Positions 21,246 to 30,651 of a stretch of DNA of 64,000 bases are shown piece after piece. The notes below the pieces were generated by a model, which had not been told where the DNA came from, did not search any database, and saw only the letters and a list, made by a program, of their open reading frames with translations. This stretch comes from Candidatus Omnitrophota bacterium (GTDB taxonomy: Bacteria > Omnitrophota > Gorgyraeia > B26-G9), in contig JBDRJV010000007.1 of NCBI GenBank assembly GCA_043814605.1, positions 131,354 to 195,353 of the forward strand. Direction: 5' to 3'. Both the position numbers and the translations under genes were made by a program. The number at the start of each line of letters is the position of its first letter. The first letter of the stretch is position 1.

Positions 21246-22820
21246 ATGAGAAAAGTGATAGTTTATGATACAACATTAAGAGATGGGGCTCAGACCGAAG
21301 GTGTTTCTTATTCAGTAACCGATAAAATTCGTATTGCCAAAAAACTTGATGAATTGGGAGTACATTTTATTGAAGGCGGTTGGCCAGGATCTAATCCTAA
21401 GGATCTGGAATTTTTCAAAGAAATAAAAAAAATTAAGTTTAAAAATTCAGAATTAGTTGCTTTTGGCAGTACCCGGCGTAAAGATAAACCAGCGGGAAAT
21501 GATCCGATCCTCAGGGAATTGGTGAATGCCGGCGTTAAATATATCACAATTTTTGGTAAGAGCTGGGATTTACATGTTAAAGATGTGCTTAAAGCAACAC
21601 TGGATGAAAATCTGCGGATGATTAGTGATACAATTCAATTTATTAAATCTAAAAAAATTACGCCGTTTTTTGATGCCGAACATTTTTTTGACGGGTATAA
21701 AAGCAATCCGGATTATGCATTAAAAACTTTACTAACCGCACAGAAAGCAGGTGCTGCGGCAATAATTTTATGTGACACAAACGGAGGCACATTAACCTCA
21801 AACATCATAAAAATCATTTCTGAAATTAAGCCGCACATTAAAGTTGATTTGGGAATTCATGTGCATAATGATAATGGGATGGCTATTGCGAATACGGTTG
21901 CTGCGGTTGAGTCTGGATGCACTCAGGTGCAGGGTACAGTCAATGGCTACGGTGAGCGCTGCGGTAATGTAGATATTTGTGCAGTTATTGCTTGTCTGGA
22001 GCTAAAACTCGGGATAATGTGTATTGGAAAAAAACGCTTAAAAGAACTTACCGAAGTTTCGCATTACATTAGTGAAGTCAGCAATATGAAACAGCAGGAT
22101 AATCAGCCGTTTGTCGGGAGTTCTGCGTTTGCCCATAAAGCGGGTGTGCATATTAATGCTATGGTAAAAACTCCGTTAAGTTATGAACATGTAATTCCGG
22201 AAGATGTTGGTAATCAAAGAAGATTTTTAGCTTCTGAACTTGCCGGGAAAACTAGTATTCTATTTAAGGCAAAGCAGCTTTCTTATGATTTGGACAAGAA
22301 TGATAAAAATACTAAAAAATTACATAAACTAATTCAGGAATTAGAGTATGAGGGATATCAATTTGAAGCCGCCGAAGCTTCTTTTGAATTATTAATCAAG
22401 AAAGCGTTAAAGAAATATAATAAGTTTTTTGAACTTGATGGGTTTCGGGTGATTGTAGAGAAGCGCCAAGATAGTACGCTGATTTCTGAGGCAACAGTGA
22501 AGATTAAAGTTAATAAAAAGAAAAAACATACTGCCTGCGAAGGGGATGGTCCGGTGAATGCTTTAGATGGGGCCTTGCGCAAGGCATTAGAGGATTTTTA
22601 TCCGGAATTATCAGGCATGCATTTATCTGATTTTAAAGTACGTGTTTTAGACAGCAAGGCCGGAACAGCTGCTAAAGTACGGGTTTTTATTGAATCTCAG
22701 GATGAAAAAAGCTCCTGGTGGACAGTGGGGGTTTCCGAAAATATTATTGAAGCTAGTTGGCAAGCTTTAGTCGATAGTATTGAATACAAGCTGTTGAAAG
22801 AAAGAGCAGAAAAAAAATAG
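21246..22820 (+). CDS. cimA: (R)-citramalate synthase / 2-isopropylmalate synthase family
   Basis: 524 aa. The DRE-TIM N-domain is VYDTTLRDGAQTEGVSYS with HVHNDNGMAIANT, plus a C-terminal LeuA-type regulatory domain. The gene symbol is tentative; it could be leuA. Confidence 0.7.
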   Translation: MRKVIVYDTTLRDGAQTEGVSYSVTDKIRIAKKLDELGVHFIEGGWPGSNPKDLEFFKEIKKIKFKNSELVAFGSTRRKDKPAGNDPILRELVNAGVKYITIFGKSWDLHVKDVLKATLDENLRMISDTIQFIKSKKITPFFDAEHFFDGYKSNPDYALKTLLTAQKAGAAAIILCDTNGGTLTSNIIKIISEIKPHIKVDLGIHVHNDNGMAIANTVAAVESGCTQVQGTVNGYGERCGNVDICAVIACLELKLGIMCIGKKRLKELTEVSHYISEVSNMKQQDNQPFVGSSAFAHKAGVHINAMVKTPLSYEHVIPEDVGNQRRFLASELAGKTSILFKAKQLSYDLDKNDKNTKKLHKLIQELEYEGYQFEAAEASFELLIKKALKKYNKFFELDGFRVIVEKRQDSTLISEATVKIKVNKKKKHTACEGDGPVNALDGALRKALEDFYPELSGMHLSDFKVRVLDSKAGTAAKVRVFIESQDEKSSWWTVGVSENIIEASWQALVDSIEYKLLKERAEKK

Positions 22821-22827
22821 CACAATC

Positions 22828-25593
22828 ATGGAAGAATTTGCAACCAAATATAATTTTAAAGAAGTCGAAGCAAGGCGTTATGAGTTTTGGGAAAAAAATC
22901 ATTATTTTCATGGACAAGTTAATAAGGGGAAAAGTCCCTTTTCTATTGTCATCCCCCCGCCCAATGTAACCGGAATTTTACATATGGGTCATGCCTTAAA
23001 TAATACGATTCAGGATGTTTTAATTCGTTATAAAAAAATGTCAGGCTTCGAATCACTTTGGATGCCGGGAACAGACCATGCGGGCATTGCAACTCAAAAT
23101 GTGGTTGAGAAAAAAATTGCTAAAGAAGGCTTAAGGCGGCAGGATTTAGGCCGGGAAAAATTTTTAGAATATGTTTGGAGCTGGAAACAAGAATACGGTT
23201 CAACGATTATTAAACAATTAAAACATTTGGGCTGTGCTTGTGATTGGGATAGAATCCGCTTTACAATGGACGCAGCTTACAGTGATGCGGTTTTAGAAGT
23301 TTTTGTCCGGCTTTATGAAAAAGACCTGATTTACCGGGGATTTTATATTATTAATTGGTGTCCACGTTGTCAAACTGCTTTATCGGATGAAGAAGCGCCG
23401 CATAAAGATACACAAGGATTTCTTTACCACATAAAATACCCGATTGTAAATTCCAAAGATAATATTGTTGTCGCGACAACCCGGCCGGAAACAATGCTGG
23501 GAGATACTGCGGTTGCAGTTAATCCGCAGGATAAAAGATATAAACACTTAATTGGAAAGACAGTAATTTTGCCGTTAATGGAGCGGGAAATAAAAATTAT
23601 CGCTGATGATTTTGTTGATCCGGAATTTGGTACAGGCGCAGTAAAAGTAACCCCGGCGCATGATCCGAATGACTATGCTCTGGGAAAAAGGCACAAGCTT
23701 GAATTTATAAATATTTTTAATCCGGACGGTGTTTGTAATGAAAATGCCGGTAATTATGCTGGTAAAGACCGGTTTGCTGCCCGCGCTACAATAATTGAAG
23801 ATTTAAAACAGAGAAAATTATTAATAAAAACCCAATCTCATGCATATGCTGTAGGCCATTGCTACCGTTGCCATACTGTGGTTGAACCTTATTATTCAAA
23901 GCAATGGTTTGTCCGGATGAAGCCGTTATCAATTGCAGCAATAAAAGCTGTAAAAGAGAGCCGGATAAAATTCTATCCTAAGCGCTGGACAAAAGTTTAT
24001 CTCAATTGGATGGAAAATATTCAGGATTGGTGTATATCGCGTCAGATTTGGTGGGGGCACAGGCTGCCGGTTTATTATTGCCAAGATTGTCAGATTGTTC
24101 AAAATAGGCAAAAAGATGAAAAATCAGATTGCATTGAAAAAAACGGGGTGATTATAGCCAAGTTTAAGCCGGAAAAATGCCCGGATTGTAATGGCAAAAA
24201 TATAACTCAAGATCCCGATGTTTTAGATACCTGGTTTTCCAGCTGGCTGTGGCCATTTGCAACTTTTGGCTGGCCGTTTACAGGCAACAGGCAACAGGCA
24301 ACAGGCAGCAGGCAAAATGGCCTGAAGCCTGAAACTTGTAACTTGCAGCGAGAAGAACTTTCCTATTTTTATCCAACTTCAGTTTTAGTTACGGCTCCGG
24401 AGATTATCTTTTTTTGGGTAGCACGGATGATCATGGCGGGATTTGAGTTTATGGGAGATATTCCGTTTAAGGATGTTTATATCCATGGTACAGTACGCGA
24501 TGATCTGGGTAAGAAAATGTCTAAGTCTTTAGGCAATAGTATCGATCCCTTAGAAATTATTAATGAATATGGGACAGATGCGTTACGATTCAGTTTAATT
24601 TCAATTACAGCCATGGGCCAGGATATATTTTTATCCAAAGATAAATTTGAATTTGGCCGTAACTTTGCAAATAAAATTTGGAATGCATCACGTTTCATTT
24701 TAATGAATTTAAATCATGAAGAATTAACATCGACAACAAATATTTCGTGGGATAAAGAAAAACTGGGTTTGGCCAATGCTTGGATATTAAGCCGTTTAAA
24801 TTCAACCATAAAAAATGTAAAAAAGTCATTTTCTCTTTATCGTTTGAATGAAGCTGCAAATATTTTGTATGAGTTTTTTTGGCATCAGTTTTGTGATTGG
24901 TATATTGAATTCTCAAAATCCGATATTAAAGATAAAATAACGCAATGCGTGCTTTTTGATGTTTTAAAAAAATCGTTATGTTTACTGCATCCTTTTATGC
25001 CATTGATAACGGATGATCTTTGGCAGAAGGTTACACAAAAAACAGAGTCTATTTATGCTCAAGCTCAACCAGATATTCAGGCGCAATTTATTGATCAGGA
25101 ACTGGAGCGGCAAATGGAAAGATTGATTACCGATATTACAGTAATCAGAAATTTACGTTCACAGACTAATATTAAGCCTAAGGATGAGGTTAGTGTACAA
25201 ATTTTTGAAACGGATAAAGAAAATATCGCGTTTATTAAAAAACATTCAATTTATTTAAAAAGGCTGGCGAAACTTAATCATTTTGAATTTATTAATAAAA
25301 ATTCTCCGCCGGATATGTGCGCCGCCAGCGGGGTGGCATTAAGTTCGATTATTTATCTTATCGGGGCAGAAGTTGATCGGGCCGTAGAAAAGGAAAAATT
25401 AGAAAAACAAATCCAGGAAATTATAAAGCACATTGCTAATCGCGATAAACAGCTGGGGAATCCGGTATTTCGGCAAAAGGCGCCAAAAAAAATAATTGAA
25501 AATTTAAAACAGTCGCGTGACGAATTGAAAATTGAACTGGAAAAACTAAAGAGTATAAAAAATGGTCTTAGGGAAAAGAAGGAAGAAAAATAA
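22828..25593 (+). CDS. valS: Valine--tRNA ligase
   Basis: 921 aa with the motifs PPPNVTGILHMGHA, DTWFSSW and KMSKSLGN, and a C-terminal coiled coil. It carries an unusual ~22-aa in-frame insert after GWP (see the repeat feature at 24281..24345). Confidence 0.9.
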   Translation: MEEFATKYNFKEVEARRYEFWEKNHYFHGQVNKGKSPFSIVIPPPNVTGILHMGHALNNTIQDVLIRYKKMSGFESLWMPGTDHAGIATQNVVEKKIAKEGLRRQDLGREKFLEYVWSWKQEYGSTIIKQLKHLGCACDWDRIRFTMDAAYSDAVLEVFVRLYEKDLIYRGFYIINWCPRCQTALSDEEAPHKDTQGFLYHIKYPIVNSKDNIVVATTRPETMLGDTAVAVNPQDKRYKHLIGKTVILPLMEREIKIIADDFVDPEFGTGAVKVTPAHDPNDYALGKRHKLEFINIFNPDGVCNENAGNYAGKDRFAARATIIEDLKQRKLLIKTQSHAYAVGHCYRCHTVVEPYYSKQWFVRMKPLSIAAIKAVKESRIKFYPKRWTKVYLNWMENIQDWCISRQIWWGHRLPVYYCQDCQIVQNRQKDEKSDCIEKNGVIIAKFKPEKCPDCNGKNITQDPDVLDTWFSSWLWPFATFGWPFTGNRQQATGSRQNGLKPETCNLQREELSYFYPTSVLVTAPEIIFFWVARMIMAGFEFMGDIPFKDVYIHGTVRDDLGKKMSKSLGNSIDPLEIINEYGTDALRFSLISITAMGQDIFLSKDKFEFGRNFANKIWNASRFILMNLNHEELTSTTNISWDKEKLGLANAWILSRLNSTIKNVKKSFSLYRLNEAANILYEFFWHQFCDWYIEFSKSDIKDKITQCVLFDVLKKSLCLLHPFMPLITDDLWQKVTQKTESIYAQAQPDIQAQFIDQELERQMERLITDITVIRNLRSQTNIKPKDEVSVQIFETDKENIAFIKKHSIYLKRLAKLNHFEFINKNSPPDMCAASGVALSSIIYLIGAEVDRAVEKEKLEKQIQEIIKHIANRDKQLGNPVFRQKAPKKIIENLKQSRDELKIELEKLKSIKNGLREKKEEK
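24281..24345 (+). repeat. Heptanucleotide tandem-repeat element inside valS: (CAGGCAA)x5, an 18-nt spacer, then (ACTTGTA)x2
   Basis: caggcaa caggcaa caggcaa caggcag caggcaa aatggcctgaagcctgaa acttgtaacttg. It is translated in frame as FTGNRQQATGSRQNGLKPETCNLQ. Confidence 0.8.
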
Positions 25594-26479
25594 AAAAAAC
25601 AAGCAAAAACAAAGCATTTTATCAGAAGCAGCAATTGTGGTGAGTAATGCTTTGTCTGAAGATATCGGGGCTGGCGATATTACGAGTCAAGGGCTGATTG
25701 ATCCCCAGACAAAAGTAAAAGCCTGGATTATTGTAAAAGAAAAAAATATTGTGGTTTGCGGCATGGATATTTTAAAAGAAGTATTTTATCAAGTTGATCG
25801 AAAAATTAAAATAAAAAGTTATGTTAGAGATGGAGATTTTTTAAAAACAAAAACAAAAATTTGTGAAATACAAGGAGCGGCACGGAGTATTTTAACCGCG
25901 GAGCGGACAGCGTTGAACTTTTTAGGCCGGTTTTCCGGAATTTCTACAAAAACTTACTTGCTTGTAAAAAAAATCAAAAAATATAAAATTAAGATTTTGG
26001 ATACGCGTAAAACAACTCCGGGTTTAAGAATTTTAGAAAAATATGCGGTGAAAATTGGCGGAGGAATTAATCACCGTATGGGTTTGTATGACTGTGTCTT
26101 GATTAAAGATAATCATTTAAAATTACTCCGGCAGCAAAAAAAAGAAGATATTTTTAAATCAGCTATAAACAGGTTTAAAAAAAAATTTAAAGGCAGGATA
26201 AAGATCGAAGTAGAAGTTAAAAACCAAAAAGAATTAAAAAATGCCCTAAAGTGTAATCCGGATGTTATAATGTTAGATAATATGAGTTTAACTCAGATGC
26301 GGCAAGCTGTAAAAATGCGTGATTTATTAAATAGCCAGGTAAGGCTGGAGGCATCCGGTAATATTAATGAAGCTAATATTGAGCAAGCTGCCGCTAGCGG
26401 AGTTGACTTTATCTCAGTCGGCGCACTTACGCATTCAGTTAAATCGATTGATTTCAGTCTTAATTTTATCGATTTTTAA
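25562..26479 (+). CDS. nadC: Nicotinate-nucleotide pyrophosphorylase (quinolinate phosphoribosyltransferase)
   Basis: Motifs TAERTALNFLGRFSGIST, ILDTRKTTPGLRILEKYAVKIGGGINHRMGLYDCVLIKDNH and ISVGALTHS are present. The start overlaps the valS 3' end by 32 nt and is uncertain. Confidence 0.8.
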   Translation: MVLGKRRKKNKKNKQKQSILSEAAIVVSNALSEDIGAGDITSQGLIDPQTKVKAWIIVKEKNIVVCGMDILKEVFYQVDRKIKIKSYVRDGDFLKTKTKICEIQGAARSILTAERTALNFLGRFSGISTKTYLLVKKIKKYKIKILDTRKTTPGLRILEKYAVKIGGGINHRMGLYDCVLIKDNHLKLLRQQKKEDIFKSAINRFKKKFKGRIKIEVEVKNQKELKNALKCNPDVIMLDNMSLTQMRQAVKMRDLLNSQVRLEASGNINEANIEQAAASGVDFISVGALTHSVKSIDFSLNFIDF

Positions 26480-26512
26480 ATTACAAGATAGTTAATAAAA
26501 GGAGTTCAAGGT

Positions 26513-27586
26513 ATGGAAATTAATAAATTACTAAATATTGCAGTGGAAAGTAATGCTTCGGATTTGCATATTGTTGTTGGCGTACCGCCAACATTACGCG
26601 TTGATGGTGAATTAATTCCTCTAGAAATGGATGTATTAACTCCCGAAGCCTCTAAAATTATGATTTATAGTATCTTAAATGATGTACAAAGGCATAAATT
26701 TGAAAAAGACTGGGAACTTGATTTCTCTTTTTCTGTGCCAGGCTTAAGCAGATTTCGGGTTAATATTTATATTTCCAAAGATCATATTGAAGCTGCGTTT
26801 CGTATTGTGGGATTAAGGGTAAAAGAACCGGAAGAATTAGGATTGCCTAATGTTATTCATGATTTTTGCCGCAAACTTGCCGGGCTTATTTTGGTCACCG
26901 GTCCGACGGGAGTAGGAAAAACGACAACGATGAATGCGATGATTGATTTGATTAACCGGGAAAGAAAAGAGCGGATTATAATTATTGAAGATCCCATCGA
27001 ATATATTCACGAGCATAAGAAAAGTGTAATTATTCAACGGGAAGTTTATTCAGATACTAAATCCTTTGCAGGTGCCTTGATTCAGACACTCCGGCAAGAC
27101 CCGAATGTAATATGTGTAGGAGAAATGCGCGACTTAGAAACTATTCAAACAGCTTTAACAGCAGCAGAGACAGGCCATTTGGTCTTAGCTACTTTACATA
27201 CACCGGATGCAATGCAGACTATTGATAGAATTATTGATGTTTTTCCCTCTAATGCGCAAGAACAGATCAGGATTATTCTTTCTAATGCTCTGGAAGGAAT
27301 AATTTCTCAGCAATTATTGCCTCGCATTGACGGTAAGGGCCGAATTTTAGCCGCGGAGGTGCTCATAGCCACGCCGGCAATAAGAAATGTTATCCGGGAA
27401 TCTAAGACAGAGCAAATCCCTACAATTATGCAGACGAGTGCGGAGAGCGGCATGCTCTTGATGGATACTTCATTAAAAGATTTATACACAAAAGGTGTGA
27501 TTAGCTACGAAACAGCAATAAGCCGTGTAAAAGATATTTCACACTTTAAATCTCTGCTGATGAAATCCGGAAAAAAGTTCAGTTAG
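26513..27586 (+). CDS. pilT: Type IV pilus retraction ATPase PilT
   Basis: 357 aa. Motifs: ASDLHI; Walker A GPTGVGKTTT; IIIEDPIEY; His box ATLHT. Confidence 0.85.
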   Translation: MEINKLLNIAVESNASDLHIVVGVPPTLRVDGELIPLEMDVLTPEASKIMIYSILNDVQRHKFEKDWELDFSFSVPGLSRFRVNIYISKDHIEAAFRIVGLRVKEPEELGLPNVIHDFCRKLAGLILVTGPTGVGKTTTMNAMIDLINRERKERIIIIEDPIEYIHEHKKSVIIQREVYSDTKSFAGALIQTLRQDPNVICVGEMRDLETIQTALTAAETGHLVLATLHTPDAMQTIDRIIDVFPSNAQEQIRIILSNALEGIISQQLLPRIDGKGRILAAEVLIATPAIRNVIRESKTEQIPTIMQTSAESGMLLMDTSLKDLYTKGVISYETAISRVKDISHFKSLLMKSGKKFS

Positions 27587-27589
27587 TAG

Positions 27590-29623
27590 ATGAAAAACGA
27601 GTTTGTTTTAAAAAGTTCGTTTAATCCTTGCGGTGACCAGCCTCAGGCAATTACCGAGTTATCAAAGTCTATTCAGAATAAAAATAGGTTTCAAACCTTA
27701 TTGGGTGTTACGGGCAGCGGCAAGACTTATACTATGGCGCAAATCATATCTAAGGTAAATAAACCCGCTTTAGTCATATCTCATAATAAAACTCTTGCGG
27801 CACAGCTTTATACAGAATTTAAAGAATTTTTTCCGCAGAATGCTGTGGAATATTTCATCAGCTATTATGATTATTATCAGCCGGAAGCGTATATTCCGCA
27901 AACGGATACTTATATTGAAAAAGATGCATCAATTAACGAGCGGATTAACCGGTTAAGACTGGCAGCCACAACCTCGTTAATGACCCGGCCAGATGTTATT
28001 GTTGTTGCAAGCGTATCTTGCATTTATAATTTAGGCTCACCGCGGGAATTTAGAAATTTTTTTGTACATTTAAAAGTAGGAGAGAATATTGACCGGGACA
28101 GTTTACTCAGGCAATTTGTTAAAATTCGTTATGAACGTAATGATGTTGCGTTTATTCAAGGTTTGTTCCGGGTTCGGGGTGATACCGTAGAAATTTTTCC
28201 AGCTTATGAATTGGATGCAGTACGGATAGAATTTTTTTCCGATACAATAGAAAAAATTTCCCTGATTGATCCGGTAACGTTAAGAATTAAAGATAAATTG
28301 ACGGAAATTGCGATTTACCCCGCAAAACATTTCTTAGTTGAGGAGGAGCAGTTAGCCGATGCTTTATCTGATATTGAAAAAGAAATGCTGATTGAAGTTG
28401 AAAATTTTAAAAAGCAGGGAAAAATTTTAGAAGCTCAGAGACTTGAATCTCGGACAAAATATGATTTAGAAATGCTCAGAGAACTGGGTTTTTGTCAGGG
28501 AGTAGAAAATTATTCGCGTTACTTAAGCCGTAGGCCAGCAGGAAGCAGGCCGTATTGTTTGCTTGATTATTTTCCGGATGATTTTCTGATTATCATTGAT
28601 GAATCGCATGTAACCATACCGCAGATCAGAGGCATGTATAATGGAGACAAGGCCAGAAAAGAAGTGCTGCGGGATTTTGGGTTTAGGCTGCCTTCTTGCC
28701 TGGATAATCGACCGCTTAAATTTAATGAGTTTGAAAAAATGGCAAACCAGGTTTTGTTTGCATCCGCCACTCCGGCGGATTATGAATTAAATAAAAGTAA
28801 AATAATTGCCGAGCAAATTATTCGGCCTACAGGTTTAGTTGATCCGGAAATCGTTGTGATACCAGCTAAGCATCAGATTGATGATTTAATTATGCGGGTT
28901 AAAGAAAGAGCCCAGAAAAAAGAAAGGGTTTTAGTCACAACTTTGACCAAACGGATGGCAGAGGATTTAGCCCAGTATTTAGAAGATACAGGATTAGCAA
29001 CGCATTACTTACATTCAGAATTAAATGCCTTAGAAAGGGTAAAAATTCTTACTGACTTAAGAAGAAAAAAATTTGACTGTCTGGTCGGGGTTAATCTCCT
29101 GCGGGAAGGGCTGGATTTACCGGAAGTTTCTTTGGTGTGTGTAATTGATGCGGACAAAGAAGGGTTTTTAAGATCAGCTACTTCGTTAATTCAGGTTGCC
29201 GGGCGAGCGGCGCGTCATATTAATGGACAAGTAATTATGTATGCGGATAAAATGACCAAATCTATGCAAAAAACAATTCTGGAGACAAACCGGCGCAGAA
29301 AAAAACAATTAGACTATAATCGTAAAAATAATATTTCTCCGCGTTCTGTGCAAAAAGCTATTATTGATTGGATGCAGGAAGAAAAACAGGCTGAAGTTAT
29401 GGTTCGTAAGATTGTCACAGAAGATATAAAAATGTATGAAAATCTTTATCGGGTGGATAATCTGGAAAGAGAGATGGAATTAGCCGCGAAAAATTTACAG
29501 TTTGAACGGGCAATTATTTTACGGAATAAAATAAAAGCGTTAAAAATTAAGAGTCCGAAGGAGCAGAGCAAAGGTGTAAAAATACAAAAAATAAAAAGGC
29601 AGCGATGGAAGAGAAAATTTTAA
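27590..29623 (+). CDS. uvrB: Excinuclease ABC subunit B
   Basis: 677 aa with LLGVTGSGKTYT, helicase motifs, and the C-terminal UVR domain LEREMELAAKNLQFERAIILRNKIKAL. Confidence 0.95.
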   Translation: MKNEFVLKSSFNPCGDQPQAITELSKSIQNKNRFQTLLGVTGSGKTYTMAQIISKVNKPALVISHNKTLAAQLYTEFKEFFPQNAVEYFISYYDYYQPEAYIPQTDTYIEKDASINERINRLRLAATTSLMTRPDVIVVASVSCIYNLGSPREFRNFFVHLKVGENIDRDSLLRQFVKIRYERNDVAFIQGLFRVRGDTVEIFPAYELDAVRIEFFSDTIEKISLIDPVTLRIKDKLTEIAIYPAKHFLVEEEQLADALSDIEKEMLIEVENFKKQGKILEAQRLESRTKYDLEMLRELGFCQGVENYSRYLSRRPAGSRPYCLLDYFPDDFLIIIDESHVTIPQIRGMYNGDKARKEVLRDFGFRLPSCLDNRPLKFNEFEKMANQVLFASATPADYELNKSKIIAEQIIRPTGLVDPEIVVIPAKHQIDDLIMRVKERAQKKERVLVTTLTKRMAEDLAQYLEDTGLATHYLHSELNALERVKILTDLRRKKFDCLVGVNLLREGLDLPEVSLVCVIDADKEGFLRSATSLIQVAGRAARHINGQVIMYADKMTKSMQKTILETNRRRKKQLDYNRKNNISPRSVQKAIIDWMQEEKQAEVMVRKIVTEDIKMYENLYRVDNLEREMELAAKNLQFERAIILRNKIKALKIKSPKEQSKGVKIQKIKRQRWKRKF

Positions 29624-30576
29624 AATATCTAAAGCAAAACATGCATAATTTTGTTTCCGGGCAAGAACTCTCGGAAAGGTTAAACGTATCGCGTACAGCA
29701 ATCTGGAAGCATATTAAAAATTTAAAGAATTTGGATTATCAAATTATTGCACAGCCGCATTCTGGATACCAATTACTAAAGATACCCGACAAAATGCTTC
29801 CGGAAGAAATCAGCGATAACCTAAAAACGAAAAAGATTGCGAAAAAAATTATTGCGTATAAATCAACAGATTCCACAAATAATATTGCTTACCGTTTAGC
29901 AGAAGATGGTGCATTACACGGAACAATTGTGGTGAGTGAGGCTCAATCAAAGGGGAAAGGCAGGTTAGGCCGGAGCTGGGTATCCCCGGCCGGGGTGGGA
30001 ATTTATTTATCAATTATTTTAAGGCCAAATATTTCACCCCTGGAAGCAGGGAAATTAACATTAATGAGTTCGGTAAGTCTTGTGCGGGCTTTAAAACAGG
30101 TATTGGATATAAATGCACAAATTAAATGGCCAAATGATATTTATGTTGATAATGAGAAAGTTTGCGGTATCCTTACAGAAATGAGTGCAGAAGTAGACCA
30201 GGTAAATTTTATAATTTTAGGTATTGGTTTAAATGTGAACACAAAAGCCAGTGATTTACCCAAAGGGGGGACATCTTTACAGTTAAAGCTAAAAGACAAA
30301 AAACATATTGATCGAGTGAGTTTATTAAAATCAATACTTGAAGCAATTGAAGCAGATTACCTGAAAGTTTTAAAATATGGGTTTAATTTTGTAGTTGAGC
30401 AATGGAAAAAATCTTCGCGGACTTTGGGACATGATGTTAAAATAAAGACAGGTAAAAAGGTCATTTATGGTAAAGCCTTGGATTTAGATAATAATGGAGC
30501 TTTAGTAATTTGTGATGATACGGGCAGCTTACAACATATATTAAGCGGTGATGTAACGCCAATGGACAGCAGGTAG
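29605..30576 (+). CDS. birA: Bifunctional biotin-[acetyl-CoA-carboxylase] ligase / biotin operon repressor
   Basis: 323 aa. The N-terminal HTH is GQELSERLNVSRTAIWKHIKNL. The ligase core is SQSKGKGRLGRSWVSPAG. Confidence 0.85.
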   Translation: MEEKILKYLKQNMHNFVSGQELSERLNVSRTAIWKHIKNLKNLDYQIIAQPHSGYQLLKIPDKMLPEEISDNLKTKKIAKKIIAYKSTDSTNNIAYRLAEDGALHGTIVVSEAQSKGKGRLGRSWVSPAGVGIYLSIILRPNISPLEAGKLTLMSSVSLVRALKQVLDINAQIKWPNDIYVDNEKVCGILTEMSAEVDQVNFIILGIGLNVNTKASDLPKGGTSLQLKLKDKKHIDRVSLLKSILEAIEADYLKVLKYGFNFVVEQWKKSSRTLGHDVKIKTGKKVIYGKALDLDNNGALVICDDTGSLQHILSGDVTPMDSR

Positions 30577-30651
30577 CAGACTGCAGGTTTCAAGCAATAA
30601 ATAATTTTTAGCCGGCAACATGAAATTTGTAATTTGTAACTTGTAACTTGT
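30574..30651 (+). repeat. Heptamer-phased repeat tract downstream of birA: (GCAGNNN)x3 then (TTGTAAY)x4
   Basis: gcaggta gcagact gcaggtt … tttgtaa tttgtaa cttgtaa cttgt. The last 16 nt (gtaacttgtaacttgt) are duplicated on the far side of the IS. Confidence 0.7.
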
